64,000 bases of DNA from Octopus sinensis (GCF_006345805.1 NC_043013.1:2666001-2730000); one strand, 5' to 3'. Numbered from the stretch's first letter, positions 38,385 to 51,980 are shown. Translations and numbers: made by a program. The notes: generated by a model not told the origin, from the letters alone.

Positions 38385-38770
38385 TATCCTCTACCCATAA
38401 TATATACCCTGGCTGCTACACTAAATTATACACGCTCTCTGTGTATACCGATGCACCCTACCCGAAATATATATTCATACTGCTACACTAACTGACTAAC
38501 AAACCTAGACATACACTCCATCTATATAGCTACAATCTACCCGAAATATATGTCCAGACTGCTATACAAAACCATACGCACCCTATGTCTATATCGCTAT
38601 CATCTACCCGTAATATATACCCAGATCGCTACACTAACTTATACACACTCAATGTGTATACCGATGCACCCTACCCAGCCTACTACACTAACCCATACAC
38701 ACTCTCCGTCTATATCGTCACAATGTACCCGTAATATATGTTTAGACTGCTACACCAAACTGTATACAAT
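38385..38770. repeat. Diverged minisatellite of about 67 bp (ctacccgtaatatatacccagactgctacactaaa...)
   Basis: Unit starts near 38391, 38458, 38537, 38604, 38671 and 38725; a solo unit near 39550. Confidence 0.75.
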
Positions 38771-39749
38771 TTACCTTTTCTGTGTTCTCCGCTTGCTCCA
38801 TCCCGTCTTCTTTTCTTCCTTTATCTCTTGTCTGTCTCTCTTTCTCTCGCTGGCCTTCTCTCGCGCTCTCTTTCTCTTTCTGCCTCTTTCTCTCTCCTTC
38901 TCACACTCTCACTGCCCCTCTTTTTTCCTTTCTCTTTTTCTCTGTCTTTGTCTGTCTGTCTGTCTCTCTCTTTCTCCGTAAGTCTGTCTCTGTCAGTTTG
39001 TCTCTGTCAGTTTGTCTCTGTCAGTTTGTCTCTGTCTGTCTCTTCTCTCTCCTCTCTCTCTCTCCTCTCTCTCTCCTCTCTCTCTCTCCTCTCTCTCCCT
39101 CTCTATTCCCCCCTGCTCTCTCTCTCTCTCTCTCTCTCTCTCCCCGTCTCTGACTTTCTCTTCCAGCCTCCATTCCTCCACATGTAGATGTTTTTATTAA
39201 ATGCACGCATCAACATATATCGTCTCTTTTTTTTCTTTTTTTTTTCTTATTTCCAAACAAAGCAATTCTTTAACCTCGGAAACGACCTCCTCCCCACCCC
39301 ACCCATACACACACACACACAGAGTCACATACACTCCTCATCACAGAGACTCACACTATCTGAGTTGCCCACCTCGAAATCTATCCACTTGAGAGTAGAG
39401 TAGCCTCAATACAAGATGTTGAAGAGACTAAACACGGCACATCGCGGTACCATGTTGTGTTTCTTTGAATCTGTTGCACCTCTATGTATTTTGGGGGTTG
39501 CCTGTATGTTATCTGTCTGTATGTCTGTCATCGTCTAAACAGCCACAGTCTACCCGTATTATATATCCAGACTGCTAGACTAAACTATATACTCAAAATA
39601 CTTCTTGTTCTTGCCATAAATATTTCCGGATAAAATGCCAGCCTATTTTTAATGTATGTGCTTCACTCAGTGCTAGGTGTTACCTTCATTTCTTTTCCCA
39701 TGTTGAGAGAAAAATATAGCAATTTTGCGTTAAATTTAATCACAATTTT

Positions 39750-39935
39750 CCAAGTAAATGTATTTAATAAGTAAAATAATAGACAAACTTTGAATTTGAT
39801 GTTTAATTTGCTCAGAATTTTCCAAATAAATGTTTTTAAGCAAAATAATTAACAAACAGTATATTGTGTTTGCTTCGCTCAAACTTTTCTTAATAAATAT
39901 ATTTAACAAACAAAATAATTGACAAACTCTGTTTA
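39750..39935. repeat. AT-rich tandem repeat, about 3 units of about 68 bp
   Basis: taaatgtatttaataagtaaaataatagacaaac-like motif recurs three times. Confidence 0.55.
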
Positions 39936-40094
39936 AAGATTAAAATTAAATCTGCTTTGACGAATGCACTTTTATATTGAACGCTTTTATCTTTTCTAAT
40001 CATATATAAACTCTCACTATACATACACGTTCATCACGTGCGTGTATATGTATGTGTGTGTGTGCGTGTGCGAGTGTGTGTGTGTATATGCATG

Positions 40095-40132
<38 letters not shown>

Positions 40133-40195
40133 TAGATAGATAGATATAGATAGATAGATAGATAGATAGATAGCTAGATAGATAGAGAGAAAGAC

Positions 40196-40274
<79 letters not shown>

Positions 40275-40282
40275 AGATAGAC

Positions 40283-40344
<62 letters not shown>

Positions 40345-40654
40345 CAAGAGAGAGAGAGAAAGTGAGAGAAAGAGAAAGACAATTACGTAGATGAACAAAT
40401 TAGACACATTAGCATATCCGCATTATTGCCTCTCTACCCGCTCAACTTGATCCCTCTTGTAGCCTTTCTTTTGCCGTGTGGAATTGATCCCCTCTAAATA
40501 TATTGGAGCCTAAGTTTGAATCTTTTGTGTCGTCAAAACGGAGAATCTCTGAATCTAGTCTGTGGACAATATATTCTTTTATTCTTTTACAGGCTTCAGC
40601 CCTAAGGCCTGTAACCATGCTAGGGCATCGCCAGTGTAATCATCTATTAACTGG

Positions 40655-40965
40655 CCAATTCTATGTGATTGGCTTTTGGTGAAGGAGGGAGTTCGATACT
40701 GCTGCCATCTTTTGAGTTTCCTGCCTTGATATTGGTTCATCTGGGATCATGGATAGCAAGAGGTCAAGTTGTGTCTTGAAAACATCTACCCGCTTTGGCA
40801 AGGCGTTAAATAGCTTGAATCTCAAGCTATTGCACTATATGGTTCTCACCTTAGATAGGACAGCTGGGACTTTTGGAACTGTGCAGTGATGTCCAATTCC
40901 GGTAGAACTCTCAATTCTAAAGTTTGGTGCCAGCCCCTCCAGTACCTTTCACATATATCATTGCA
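40655..40965 (-). mobile_element. CR1-clade LINE 3' fragment
   Basis: Reverse-complement homolog of 50930-51240 (cccagatgaacc...tcgaactcc...ttcacca). Confidence 0.75.
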
Positions 40966-40967
40966 TA

Positions 40968-41202
40968 CCTATTTCTTTATTACCCACAAGGGGCTAAACA
41001 CAGAGGGGACAAACAAGGACAGACATAGGTATTAAGTCGATTACATCGACCCCAGTGCGTAACTGGTACTTAATTTATCGACCCCGAAAGGATGAAAGGC
41101 AAAGTCGACCTCGGCGGAATTTGAACTCAGAACGGAACGGCAGACGAAATACTGCTACGCATTTCGCCCGGCGTGCTAACCACTCTGCCAGTTCTGCCGC
41201 CT
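40968..41202 (-). mobile_element. SINE family B, full length
   Basis: Near-identical to the 7712 and 46127 copies. Confidence 0.9.
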
Positions 41203-41599
41203 TAACGTTTCTGCCATGCATACCACTCCCGTCTTCGCTCCAGGGAGTAGTGTCGTACCTCTCTCAGTCTCTCCCAGTAGCACAGCTTTTCCATTTATGC
41301 AATCTTCCTCGTGTAGCATCGTGGTGGTGGTGGTGGTGATGGTTGCGGCGGTGGCGGTGATAGTGGTGTTTGTGGTGCTATGTATGTACCTGGTGTTGTT
41401 TCATGGGTGTACATCCATTTCATATGCGCGTGCCACATACATACATACATAATACAGTTATACTCGTATGATGTACATATCTTAAATGTACTGTATATAC
41501 ACTTTATTTCCCCTATTGCCCCAATCCATTCAGCTGGCAAAACTGAGTTGTACCTGTATTTCAAAGGGCCACTCTTGTCCCATTCTGTGACATGCTGAA

Positions 41600-41735
41600 T
41601 CTTCCTTAAGAACTACGTTAAGGGCACACGTGTCTGTGGAGTGCTCAGCCACTTGCACGTTAATTTCACGAGCAGTCTGTTCCGTTGATCGGATCAACTG
41701 GAACCGTCGTCGTAACCGACGGAGCGCCAGATTTT
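41600..41735 (+). repeat. Probable SINE/LINE 3' tail fragment
   Basis: gagtgctcagccacttgcacgttaatttcacgagcag...ggaaccgtcgtcgtaaccgacggagcgcca; GC-rich and repeat-like, family not assigned. Confidence 0.35.
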
Positions 41736-41778
41736 AAAAAATGTATGCATGCATGTTTGTGTGTGTGTGTGTGTGCGT

Positions 41779-41830
<52 letters not shown>

Positions 41831-42029
41831 TACGTGTGAAAATCAGTGGAAGTATGGGCTTAAGTATGATCAAGAGGTTCCTGTTTCGAAACCACTGCTT
41901 ACTCTCCGATATACGTGAGACGTCTGACTAAAGCCGTGTGAGTGACATGAGGTAGATGGAAACTATGTCGAAGCCCACTAGATAGATCGTACTTGGATCT
42001 TTTCAATTGTGTGGCCAGGAGCCCAGATC

Positions 42030-43070
42030 TTTCTACTTAACTAAATAATTTGAAACTTCGTATGCTGGTACAGTGTTTCAAAACAAGACACAGATTGGAA
42101 CTAGTTTATTTGAGAAAAATCTATTTTATGACTTTAATCGTAGATTAAAACTGCGAATTTTAACCAATGAGATTGCTTGTTTTCATATTTAATACGTTAC
42201 TGCATTCTGTTAGTGTGACGTAGAAAGCAGTTTTGTGACGTAGGCAACTGTGCACATACATACACACACACACACATAGATACACACACACATACATACA
42301 TAGATACATACACACACACACACATACATACAGATACACATACACCGAGTATTCACTCGAAAAAACTAAACACTGAATCGGCCATACATACATACATACA
42401 CACACACACATACATACACACACATACACAGACATACACACACATACATACATACATAGATACATACACACACACACACATACATACAGATACACATACA
42501 CCGAGTATTCACTCGAAAAAACTAAACACTGAATCGGCCATACATACATACATACATACACACACACACATACACACACACACACACACACACATATACA
42601 TACACACACACACATGCACACACATACATCTACAGATACACATACACCGAGTATTCACACAACAAAAAAACTAAACACCGAATCGGCCATACATACATAC
42701 ATACATACATACACACACCTACATACACACACACACACACACACATACATAGATACATACACACATACATACATACATACATTCATACATATACACATAC
42801 ACCGAGTAAAAAATTTCATCTTTATTGTTTTGTTTACATTTGTTTACATACCATATGTTTACTACGTCACCAAATTGGTGGTCGAGACGGAGTAAATAAT
42901 ATGAAGCCGAAAGACGGAATACCATTGGTTAAAATTCTAATTATTAAACAATGTTAAACTTAGAAGTTACAATTCTGTTTTCATTCTGGTTTACAATTAA
43001 GTTTACTTTTGACACATTCTACCAGTATACGAAGTTTCAAATTGTTTGGTTCAGTAGGAAAAATTTGAAA
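42030..43070. mobile_element. Foldback/MITE-like structure: imperfect inverted arms of about 200 bp around a tandem array
   Basis: aaataatttgaaacttcgtatgctggta (about 42043) versus taccagtatacgaagtttcaaattgttt (about 43020); internal units at 42345, 42501, 42647 and 42802. Confidence 0.6.
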
Positions 43071-43440
43071 AAACTGGCTTCACAAATGAAAAGATCCTCG
43101 TACTTTATTACATATTCTATCACAGTGATTTTATGTGAGAGTTACGTAAAGAGCGAGTTTACGGTGTACTCAACCGCTTGACGCGTTAATTTAATGAGCA
43201 GGTTGGTTAACTGAGAGATAAGATGGAATAAAATCAGGAAAAACTGATACAAGATCCGTTTACATATTGCATATGTAGATAATTGTGTATTTCTACGTAC
43301 ACATACATGCAGGCAGATGTGTGTGTATGTGTGTGTGCATGTGCGTGTGCGTGTCTGCGTGTTTGTATTTATATACATACACACACGCACCCCCCCCCCC
43401 CCACACACATATAGACAAATAGATAGATATATGTATGTAT

Positions 43441-43715
43441 ACAGTGTGCAGTGAATAAATTGTCTAAATTACGCAAACATGAAAATAACATTGACATCTC
43501 ATTTCAACAGATATATTTACCGAAATTACATAGAAATATCTTGAAATACTAAAGAGTAACTTTATTCAATAAAACCGCCATTGGCTTCAACCACAGCCAC
43601 CAGACCACTTCGGAACCTCCTGCAACTCTTCTGGATGGTCTCCCTGTTTAAGTTGGTGAATGCTGCCGTAATCCTTGCCTTCAGTTCATCTTTGGTGTTA
43701 CAAGGAGTTTTGTTA
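43441..43715 (-). mobile_element. Tc1/mariner-superfamily transposon 3' end
   Basis: PCNTKDELKARITAAFTNLNRETIQKSCRRFRSGLVAVVEANGGFIE* is a typical transposase C-terminus; terminus TA|CAGTGTGCAG at 43439-43450. Confidence 0.75.
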
Positions 43716-44539
43716 GTCTCTCGCTCTGTGTGTGTGCGTGCGTGTGTGTGTGTGTGTGTGTATCTGTGTGTGCGTGAGTGTCTAAGAGTTCGTGTGATGC
43801 GATTGAGCATGTATATATATATACATATGCGAACATATGTGTACCCAGCTCATTGTCCGGGCGAAAGATAAACGCAATTTCCACCACAAAAACATCTGCT
43901 ATTAGCAAAACAAAAAAAAAAAACATTGATAGATAAACTAGTGGAAAGAGGTAGCCATGACTATGCCCTGATGTAGAGTGGGTGGCATAGGAGAAGGGGA
44001 GGAGGTGAGCCTTTAGATCTCTCTCCCTAATCCGCCTCTTCCTATTCCCTCCTCCATAAAATTGCACGTCTGCTAATTCTTTGTTGTTTTTCACCTTTGA
44101 ACCATTTCTTTTCTTCACGCCACTCATCTTGTTATTGTGTTTGATCCCATTAGTGTTGTTGTTGTTGTTGATGTTGTGATTGTCTTTGTTGCTTTCGTTG
44201 ATGTTATTGTGTTTGATGCTATATCATTGCTATTGTTGGTGCTGTTGATGTTGCTAGCGATGGTGTTGATGCCGTTGTTGAAGTTACCGTGACCGTTGGT
44301 GTTGTTATTGTTGTTATGTAAACACCAGGTCGGCTCTGACTGACCAAATGTTCCGGCCATTTATATCTCATCTTTTGCGGACTATATCGTCGTGTGCGTT
44401 CTTTTCGTTAAAAAAAGCTGTATGGTGTAACTTGAGAGATGATTTGACAGTTATTTCTAGCAGGCCCAGCTATCATATAAAGCAGTCATGTTCCTTATAT
44501 TGAGAAGCGGGCCGCATGAGACATGGCTCATCAAAGGGA

Positions 44540-44638
44540 TATAGATACATAGACAAACAGACAGATGGATAGATAAATAGACAGACAGACAAAACGTTGG
44601 ATTGATAGATAGATAGGTAGATAGATAGACAGACAGAC

Positions 44639-44691
<53 letters not shown>

Positions 44692-44787
44692 GATAGGTAG
44701 ATAGATAGAGATAGATAGATAGATAGATATAGATAGATAGATAGACAGACAGACAGATATGTATATATATATATATATGTATATGTA

Positions 44788-44845
<58 letters not shown>

Positions 44846-44876
44846 ATATATATATGTATATGTATATTTAGATAAG

Positions 44877-44942
<66 letters not shown>

Positions 44943-45078
44943 GATAGAAAGATAGATAGATAGACAGATATATATATATATTATATATATATATTTAGAT
45001 AGAAAGATAGATAGATAGACAGATATTATATATATATATATATATATGTATATAATATATATATATATATAATATATT

Positions 45079-45154
<76 letters not shown>

Positions 45155-45175
45155 GATAGATAGATAGATAGAGAT
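44540..45175. repeat. (GATA)n/(GACA)n/(TA)n compound array
   Basis: Direct reading. Confidence 0.95.
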
Positions 45176-46126
45176 TGGAAAGGATAGTGATAGCCGGGTG
45201 GAAGTGATAATGATTATGCAAAAGGTGAGCAACCTAAGAGAGAAGTAACAGAAGAGCAAGAAGAAGAAGAAGAAGTTTGAAGAGCAATGTGTTCTTGAAG
45301 TGTTGGCTGTTGGCTATCAAACTGTAGCAGTGCATCTTTGAATTATTCATCTTCCTACCTTGACTTTTTCTCTTGATCCTCACATTAACATTTCTCTTCA
45401 GCTGCCTCAAACATTTCTAACATATCATGATTGTGGCCATTGTTGATTATCACATCTCTCTTCCACCTCTCTCTCTCTTTCTCTCTCTCTTCTCTCTCTA
45501 CCTACCTACCTACCTACCTATCTATCTACCTTTTTATTCACCTACCTGCCTTGCTTCCTTCTTATCCACTTAACTATCCATTTCCAACCTGTCTCTCAAC
45601 CTCTTACCAGGTGATTGCTCCATCTTCGCTGATGATTGCCAGTTCCATGTGCTTCCTCGTTGTCAGTGGTATTTCCGACTTTCCATCCATGACCATTCTG
45701 ATGACTATTCAGTCCCACTACAGATCTGCTTGGTTTGAACCTTAGGTGACAAATGAAAGCTGTAGCTTACAGTTCGCTTCCGACTGGTTAGGTTTGCACA
45801 CATCAACACTCTTCCATCGCTATAGGACTTTCTGTACGTACAACGACGAAGGAAGATACCATTAAGAGACATCTATAAAGAGACATCTGGATTACAGAGA
45901 TGATAAACACTTGTACAACACGAGTACCACTATCTGAGAGTCCGTGGTTAATACCTAGTGACTGGTCGAAGCGACAGGACAAGTAATCACGTAAAACTGT
46001 ATGCTTTTCATCAGTGTCCCTCTCCTAGACCCCCTAGAAGTGGGACACCACGGACCCCTAGATGTTGTCACAGCTAGGGGTCCCTCACACACTGGTTTTA
46101 CCGCGCGTGCTGACATCAACTAAACG

Positions 46127-46366
46127 TATTTCTTATTTCTTTATTGCCCACAAGGGGCTAAACATAGAGAGGACAAACAAGGACAGACAAAGGGATTAAG
46201 TCGATTACATCGAACCCAGTGCGTGACTGGTACTTATTTTATCGACCCCCGAAAGGATGAAAGGCAAAATCGACCTCGGCGGAATTTGAAATCAGAATGT
46301 AACAGCAGACGAAATGCCGCTAAGCATTCCGCCTGGCGTGCTAACGTTTCTGCCAGTTCACCGCCT
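46127..46366 (-). mobile_element. SINE family B, full length
   Basis: Matches family B in reverse. Confidence 0.9.
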
Positions 46367-47149
46367 TGCTAAAGGTATTTCTGTATCGCCGCGGTTAGAT
46401 AGGATATCCTCACATATGCTAGTTAACCCATTACTGAGACCCTTTCAAGTGCTACTATTCCGAATCAGAGTAGATCCGAGAACAATAGTAAGAGGTACTA
46501 CCACACTCCTCATAACTCTGGAACTCCTGAACCAGAGTCCCACTACCCGATGCAGTTTAAAGTCAAACCCTGCTTACCAACGTACAATGTATAACACAGC
46601 GCACCATATACGAAGTTATTTTCTATCTATCCACATACGTACCTGCTCAATGCCTCTCTACTTACATCTTTCCCTCCCCTAACCACCCAACCTACCGACC
46701 TAAATATCTACCTACCTACCTACCTACCGACCGACCTACCTACCGACCTACCTACCTACCTACCTACCTACATACCTACCTACATACCTACCTACATACC
46801 TCCCTACCTACCTACCTACCTACCTCCCTACCTATTTAACTAACTACCTAGCTAACTAATATGTAAGTAACTGACTGACTGACTGATTAACTAATCAACT
46901 AACTATATATCTTCAGTGACAATTAAGCCAGTTTTTGAATGATTCGTTTCATATCTTCTTTTTCTTTTTTGTTCATTCAGTTGTTATTTAGTACCAGTCG
47001 AACGCTGGGGTCGATGTAATCGACTAAACCGCCTCCCCTAGAATTTCAGGCTTTGAGCCTATAGTAGAAAGGATTTTTATTATTACTAATTGTTGAAGCG
47101 AAGTCATTGTACTATGTGAAATATAGATTTTAACTAAAAGAATCGTATA

Positions 47150-47500
47150 CAGAGAAAGTAAAAGGGTAAAAATCCCCTTCGGTCATGGATGACCATTGGA
47201 TTGCACCTAGAAAGTTAGTCTCAGAGTCACAAGTCCTGGTAAAGTTTATGGAAGACCAACAGTCGCCCATGCATACCAACCTCTCCGCTCCATGCCCCCT
47301 ATGTTACCCAAAAGAAAGGCAAAGGCCGACACAACCGGACACACGTGACGTCGCAACTCAATTCCACGGCTGAATGAACTGGAGCAACATCAAATAAAGT
47401 ATCTTGCTGAAGAACACAACACGCAGCCCGGTCCGGGAATCGAACTGACAGGCTCGTGATTGTGAGCTCGACCTTCTAACCACTAAGTCATGCGCCTTCA
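47150..47500 (-). mobile_element. SINE family C, tail type 2
   Basis: Minus head aaggcgcatgacttagtggttag...cagttcgattccc and core gttgtgttcttcagcaagatactttat. Confidence 0.75.
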
Positions 47501-47639
47501 TTCAGAGAAAGTAAGGTTTGCACTTTATTTCTTTATTTCTTCCTCTCGTGTCTTAAGCAAAAGGAAAAAGAAAGAAAGAGAAAAGACCGTAAATATTTCA
47601 CACCACCCATTACGAAACATGCAATATCCATGATTAAGC

Positions 47640-48465
47640 AGATTTCCCCCCTTTTCATTCGCAACCACTGTATCCGGTTTTCGAGGTTCAGTTTCATTGG
47701 ACCATATACAACCTATCCTTAGCACAGAGCGCCCAATGAATCATTCCTGCGATTCTATCGTGTCTTCTTTTGTCTACTTTTTAGTGCAAATCCTTCCTTC
47801 ACAATATGCCACACAGACTAGCCTTTATCAACCTCTGCATTTGACACGTTCAAATGTATGTATTGTCAATCTTGCATTTAGTGTAACTTATCCTAAGTGC
47901 TTCTTTCCGCGCAGCACAAATAAGCGTTTCTGTGTCTGGTTTCAAATCACTCTTCCGTAGCCACTACCATTTGTATTCCTGCTCACTTGTCTTGTAAACT
48001 GCGCGGATATTGTGTCTATTCCATTTCCTTTTGTACTCCTTATTCTCTCGTCTCCACACATGCATCTGTCCTGACTATACCAGATACTCCCATCTGAATC
48101 AACAAGGGTTCTCTAGTACTCTTCATATACCAACCCAAGCTATTTTCTTCTGAATGGCCCTCACCCGCCTTTGCGTCTAGTTAGATTCGAACTGTCGATA
48201 TCATTCATGGAGTGGAATGATCCTTATATTGAGTAGTTTTCCGTCTAGCCCCTACAACTTGTCTTTCCTCCAACTGATAATACCTACACCATAGCTCATT
48301 CCTTCATTCGGTTTTGTTAGCAACACCATTCTAAGTCTTCGGAGTTGCTCTTGCATAAAGCTTTACTTCATTTCTTCTTTCTTCACTTGATTCACTTCAG
48401 AAAGAGGCCAGGTTTTTATATGCAGCATCGTGAATCCTTTTCATAATTTTTCCTGAGGGTAATTC
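47640..48465 (-). mobile_element. Dong/R4-like LINE fragment (post-RT and zinc-knuckle region)
   Basis: WLRKSDLKPDTETLICAARKEALRISYTKCKID...KRRHDRIAGMIHWALCAK matches W...G.LK.ETE..I.AAQEQAL...RRHD.VA..IHW.LC. Confidence 0.8.
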
Positions 48466-48467
48466 TG

Positions 48468-48666
48468 TACTCTTTACTCTCTCTTGTTTGAGTCATTTTG
48501 ACTGCGGCCATGCTGGAGCACCGCCTTTAATCGAGCGACTCGACCCCGGGACTTATTCTTTGTAAGCCCAGTACATATTCTATCGGTCTCTTTGCGGAAC
48601 CGCTAAGTGATGGGGACATAAACACACCAGCATCGACTGTCAAGCGATGTTGGGGGGGACAAACAC

Positions 48667-48707
<41 letters not shown>

Positions 48708-48875
48708 TACATATATACGACGGGCTTCTTTCAGTTTCCGTCTACCAAATCCACTCACAAGGCTTTGGTCGGCCCGAGGCTATAGTAGAAGACACTTGCC
48801 CAAGGTGCCGTGCAGTGGGACTGAACCCGGAACCATGTAATTGGTAAACAAGCTACTTACCACACAGCCACTCCT
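48468..48875 (-). mobile_element. SINE family A, full length
   Basis: Complete head to tail in reverse. Confidence 0.92.
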
Positions 48876-48911
48876 CCGCCTTCAAGTCTCGCCACAAATA
48901 TTACTCCACAT

Positions 48912-49110
48912 TAAGACGGCGAGTTGGCAGAATAGTTAGCAAATGCTTAGCAGCATTTTTATTCATTTTTACGTTCTGAGTTCAAATTCTGCCGAGGTTG
49001 ACTTTGCCTTTCATCCTTTCATGGTCCATACATCTAGTACCAGTTGAGCACTGGGGGTGATGTAATCGACTTAACCCACCCTCGAAATTGTTGGCCTTCT
49101 ACCAAAATTT
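48912..49110 (+). mobile_element. SINE family B, diverged
   Basis: aagacggcgagttggcagaat...gactttgcctttcatcctttc. Confidence 0.8.
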
Positions 49111-49612
49111 GTACAAGTAATTAGTCCACATTTTAAAGCCTAAATTCTATTTTGATGTCCTAAAGAACTGATTACTGCTGTTGTTGTGTTATTGCCTAAC
49201 CCGTATCAATCTTAATGGAGCCATCTCATGATCAGACATTCCATTCAGGACCATCCCGTCTTTTTCCCTAATGTGCAGGGGACTCGAAATAAATAATTCA
49301 GCAAATCGTTTTTAAGGCAACAATGAGTGGTTTGGGGGGAGATTTAGCTGTTATTTCTGACTGGTCGTCTCATCGCATTGAAACCTTCTTAAGAGGTGGT
49401 TTATTGCAAAACTTGTAATTTGGTGAGATTATATTCTTCATATTCTTGGAATTCATTAATAATTGTTGTTTGTGATTGGTTTCGATGTTCAGCATAATGA
49501 AATACTTTTTAATTATGGTCATTAGTGTTATATTTTCAGTTATTCCAAACGAAATGTCATCACTGTCCTTGTCATTTGCATATCGCTGTGTATGTATGTA
49601 TTTACGTATGTC

Positions 49613-49644
<32 letters not shown>

Positions 49645-49880
49645 TGTATGTATGTATGTATGTATGTATGTATGTATGTATGTATGTATGTATGTGTGTA
49701 TGTGTGTATGTATGTATGTATTTATGTATGTGTGTATGTGTGTATGTATGTATGTATGTATTGTATATATATACGTATGTATATTTGTATGCAAATATGT
49801 ATGTACGTATGTAAACGTGGACAAATGTGTTCATATAGGTATACTTGTATGTATGCACGTATGTTCAGATATATGTATGC

Positions 49881-49916
<36 letters not shown>

Positions 49917-50199
49917 CTCTCCCACACCTTCACTGTATTTCTCTCTCTCTCTCCCTCTCTCTCTCTCTCTCCTTCTCTCTCTCTCTCATAAAACACACAC
50001 ATTTTATTAATAATCGGCAGATGTTACGAGCCGAGAGTTTCCTACAATAGCACTAATCAAGCTTCATAAGTCTTATAGTGGCATTACACGAAACACTCGG
50101 CTCTTGAGTCACTCTGAGACTCATGCCAATTATCAATAACAAAAAAAACTATATATACTCATGTTTTACATTCTACATTCCTGTTTACACCTGAAAGCC

Positions 50200-50240
<41 letters not shown>

Positions 50241-50273
50241 ATAAATAATATTATTTATGTGAATAATATACTC

Positions 50274-50388
50274 TACTCTTTTACTTGTTTCAGTCATTTG
50301 ACTGCTGCCATGCTGGAACACCGCCTTTTTAGCCGAGCAAATCGACCCCGGGACTTATTCTTTGTAAGCCCAGTACTTATTCTATCGA
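50274..50388 (-). mobile_element. SINE family A, 3' fragment
   Basis: Tail in reverse, fused directly to the LINE fragment. Confidence 0.8.
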
Positions 50389-51262
50389 TCTCAAAAGCTT
50401 TTGACAAGGTGGATCATGGACTCAATCTACAGATGGGCTGAGGATAATAATCTGCAGTCTAATGCTGAAAAATGCCAGGCCCTACGCTACCAGCATCCAA
50501 AACTGAGTATTAAACTTACAGGATACACCGGTCCACAGGGAATTTCAATCCCAGAGCCTAAATCTGTGAGGGACCTGGGTATCGACATGAGTGATGATAC
50601 CTCTTTCCAAGTGCACATTACCAGGATGGCGACAAAGTGCAGACGACTGGCTGGGTGGATCCTAAGAACATTCAGAGAACCAGAGATAAGGAAACCATGA
50701 TGGGCCTCTGGCGGACATTCGTCCTCAGCCGCCTGGATTACTGCTCACAGCTATGGTCACCCACCAGTGTAAAATTAACAGCGGACCTTGAAGCAATCCA
50801 GAGAAGATTCACAAAGAAGATCGTCTCTTTGCAACAGCTCAGCTACTGGGAAAGGTTGAAACAGCTAAGATTCTACTCCCTGGAGAGAAGACGGGAGAGG
50901 TATGCAATAATATATGTCTGGAAGATCTTGGAAGGAATTGTGCCAAATTTTGGCATTGTAAGCTACACCAATGCTAGAACGGGACGACACTGCATAGTGC
51001 CAAAGATCCCAGCAATGCCATCACGCTTCAGGACCAGTTTCTGCAACAGCCTGGGTTTCAAGGGCCCACAGCTTTTTAATATTCTCCCAAAGAGTGTGAG
51101 GAACTTGCACAAAGTAGATGTAGCGGTTTTTAAATCAAAGCTGGACATCTTCCTGTCGAGAGTCCCAGATGAACCTACCTCGAGGCAAGAGGTGCAAATG
51201 AGAGTAGCTATATCAAACTCCATTCTTCACCAAGTGCCACATATTAGACGAGGTTCTTCGTA
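50384..51262 (+). mobile_element. CR1-clade LINE ORF2 3' fragment with internal deletion
   Basis: DLKSF/SKAFDKVDHG, WAEDNNLQSNAEKC, VRDLGI, SRLDYCSQLWSP, LEAIQRRFTK, SYWERLKQLRFYSLERRRER; one frameshift near 50690. Confidence 0.9.
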
Positions 51263-51294
51263 ATAACAGTGTAGCACAAAACGGCGGTGCATCA

Positions 51295-51410
51295 GCCTTT
51301 CATCGTTTCGGGGTCGATAAATTAAGTACCAGTTGCGTACTGGGGTCGATCTAATCGACTGGTCCCCTCCCCCCAAATTTTGGGCTTTGTGCCTAGAGCA
51401 GAAAAGAATA
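51295..51410 (+). mobile_element. SINE family B, 3' fragment
   Basis: gcctttcatcgtttcggggtcgataaattaagtaccag...gcctagagcagaaaag. Confidence 0.8.
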
Positions 51411-51455
51411 TATATATATATATATATGATATACCTATATGTATGTATATATATA

Positions 51456-51620
<165 letters not shown>

Positions 51621-51854
51621 CACACACATATTCTGTTATACTTTTACTTGTTTCATTCATTTGACAGCATCTATCCTGGAGCACCGCCCAATATCTCAAC
51701 AACCACTTGTCCGATTTACGCGAAACTTGTTTTATTCCGTTCGTATTCACATTTCAGGGAAAACGTATTCCGTAGTATTTTCCTATTATGCACCAATTTG
51801 GCTGGGTAACATTGCAAGCAAGATTCAAGCTCACTTTTAATGTATTATAGATAT

Positions 51855-51980
51855 ACGACGGGATCTTTTCAGCTTCCGTCGATCAAATCCAGTCACAAGT
51901 CTTTGGTCGGTCCGTGACTATAGTGGAAGACACCTGCCAAAGGTGCCACGTAGTGGAACTGAACTTGGAACCATGTGGTA
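51855..51980 (-). mobile_element. SINE family A, 5' fragment
   Basis: Diverged reverse match to the head. Confidence 0.7.

Noticed and set aside
42345-42810. CRISPR-like repeat-spacer array
   Set aside because: Eukaryotic context, spacers are microsatellites and there are no cas genes.
45985-46020. Minus-strand CUGAUGA with stem II and ggaca/tgtcc flanks
   Set aside because: No GAAA and no NUH triplet at the required positions.
46052-46095. 10-bp hairpin followed by CTGG as a Helitron 3' end
   Set aside because: 12-nt loop is long for a Helitron hairpin, no matching 5' TC end, and far from the helicase fragment.
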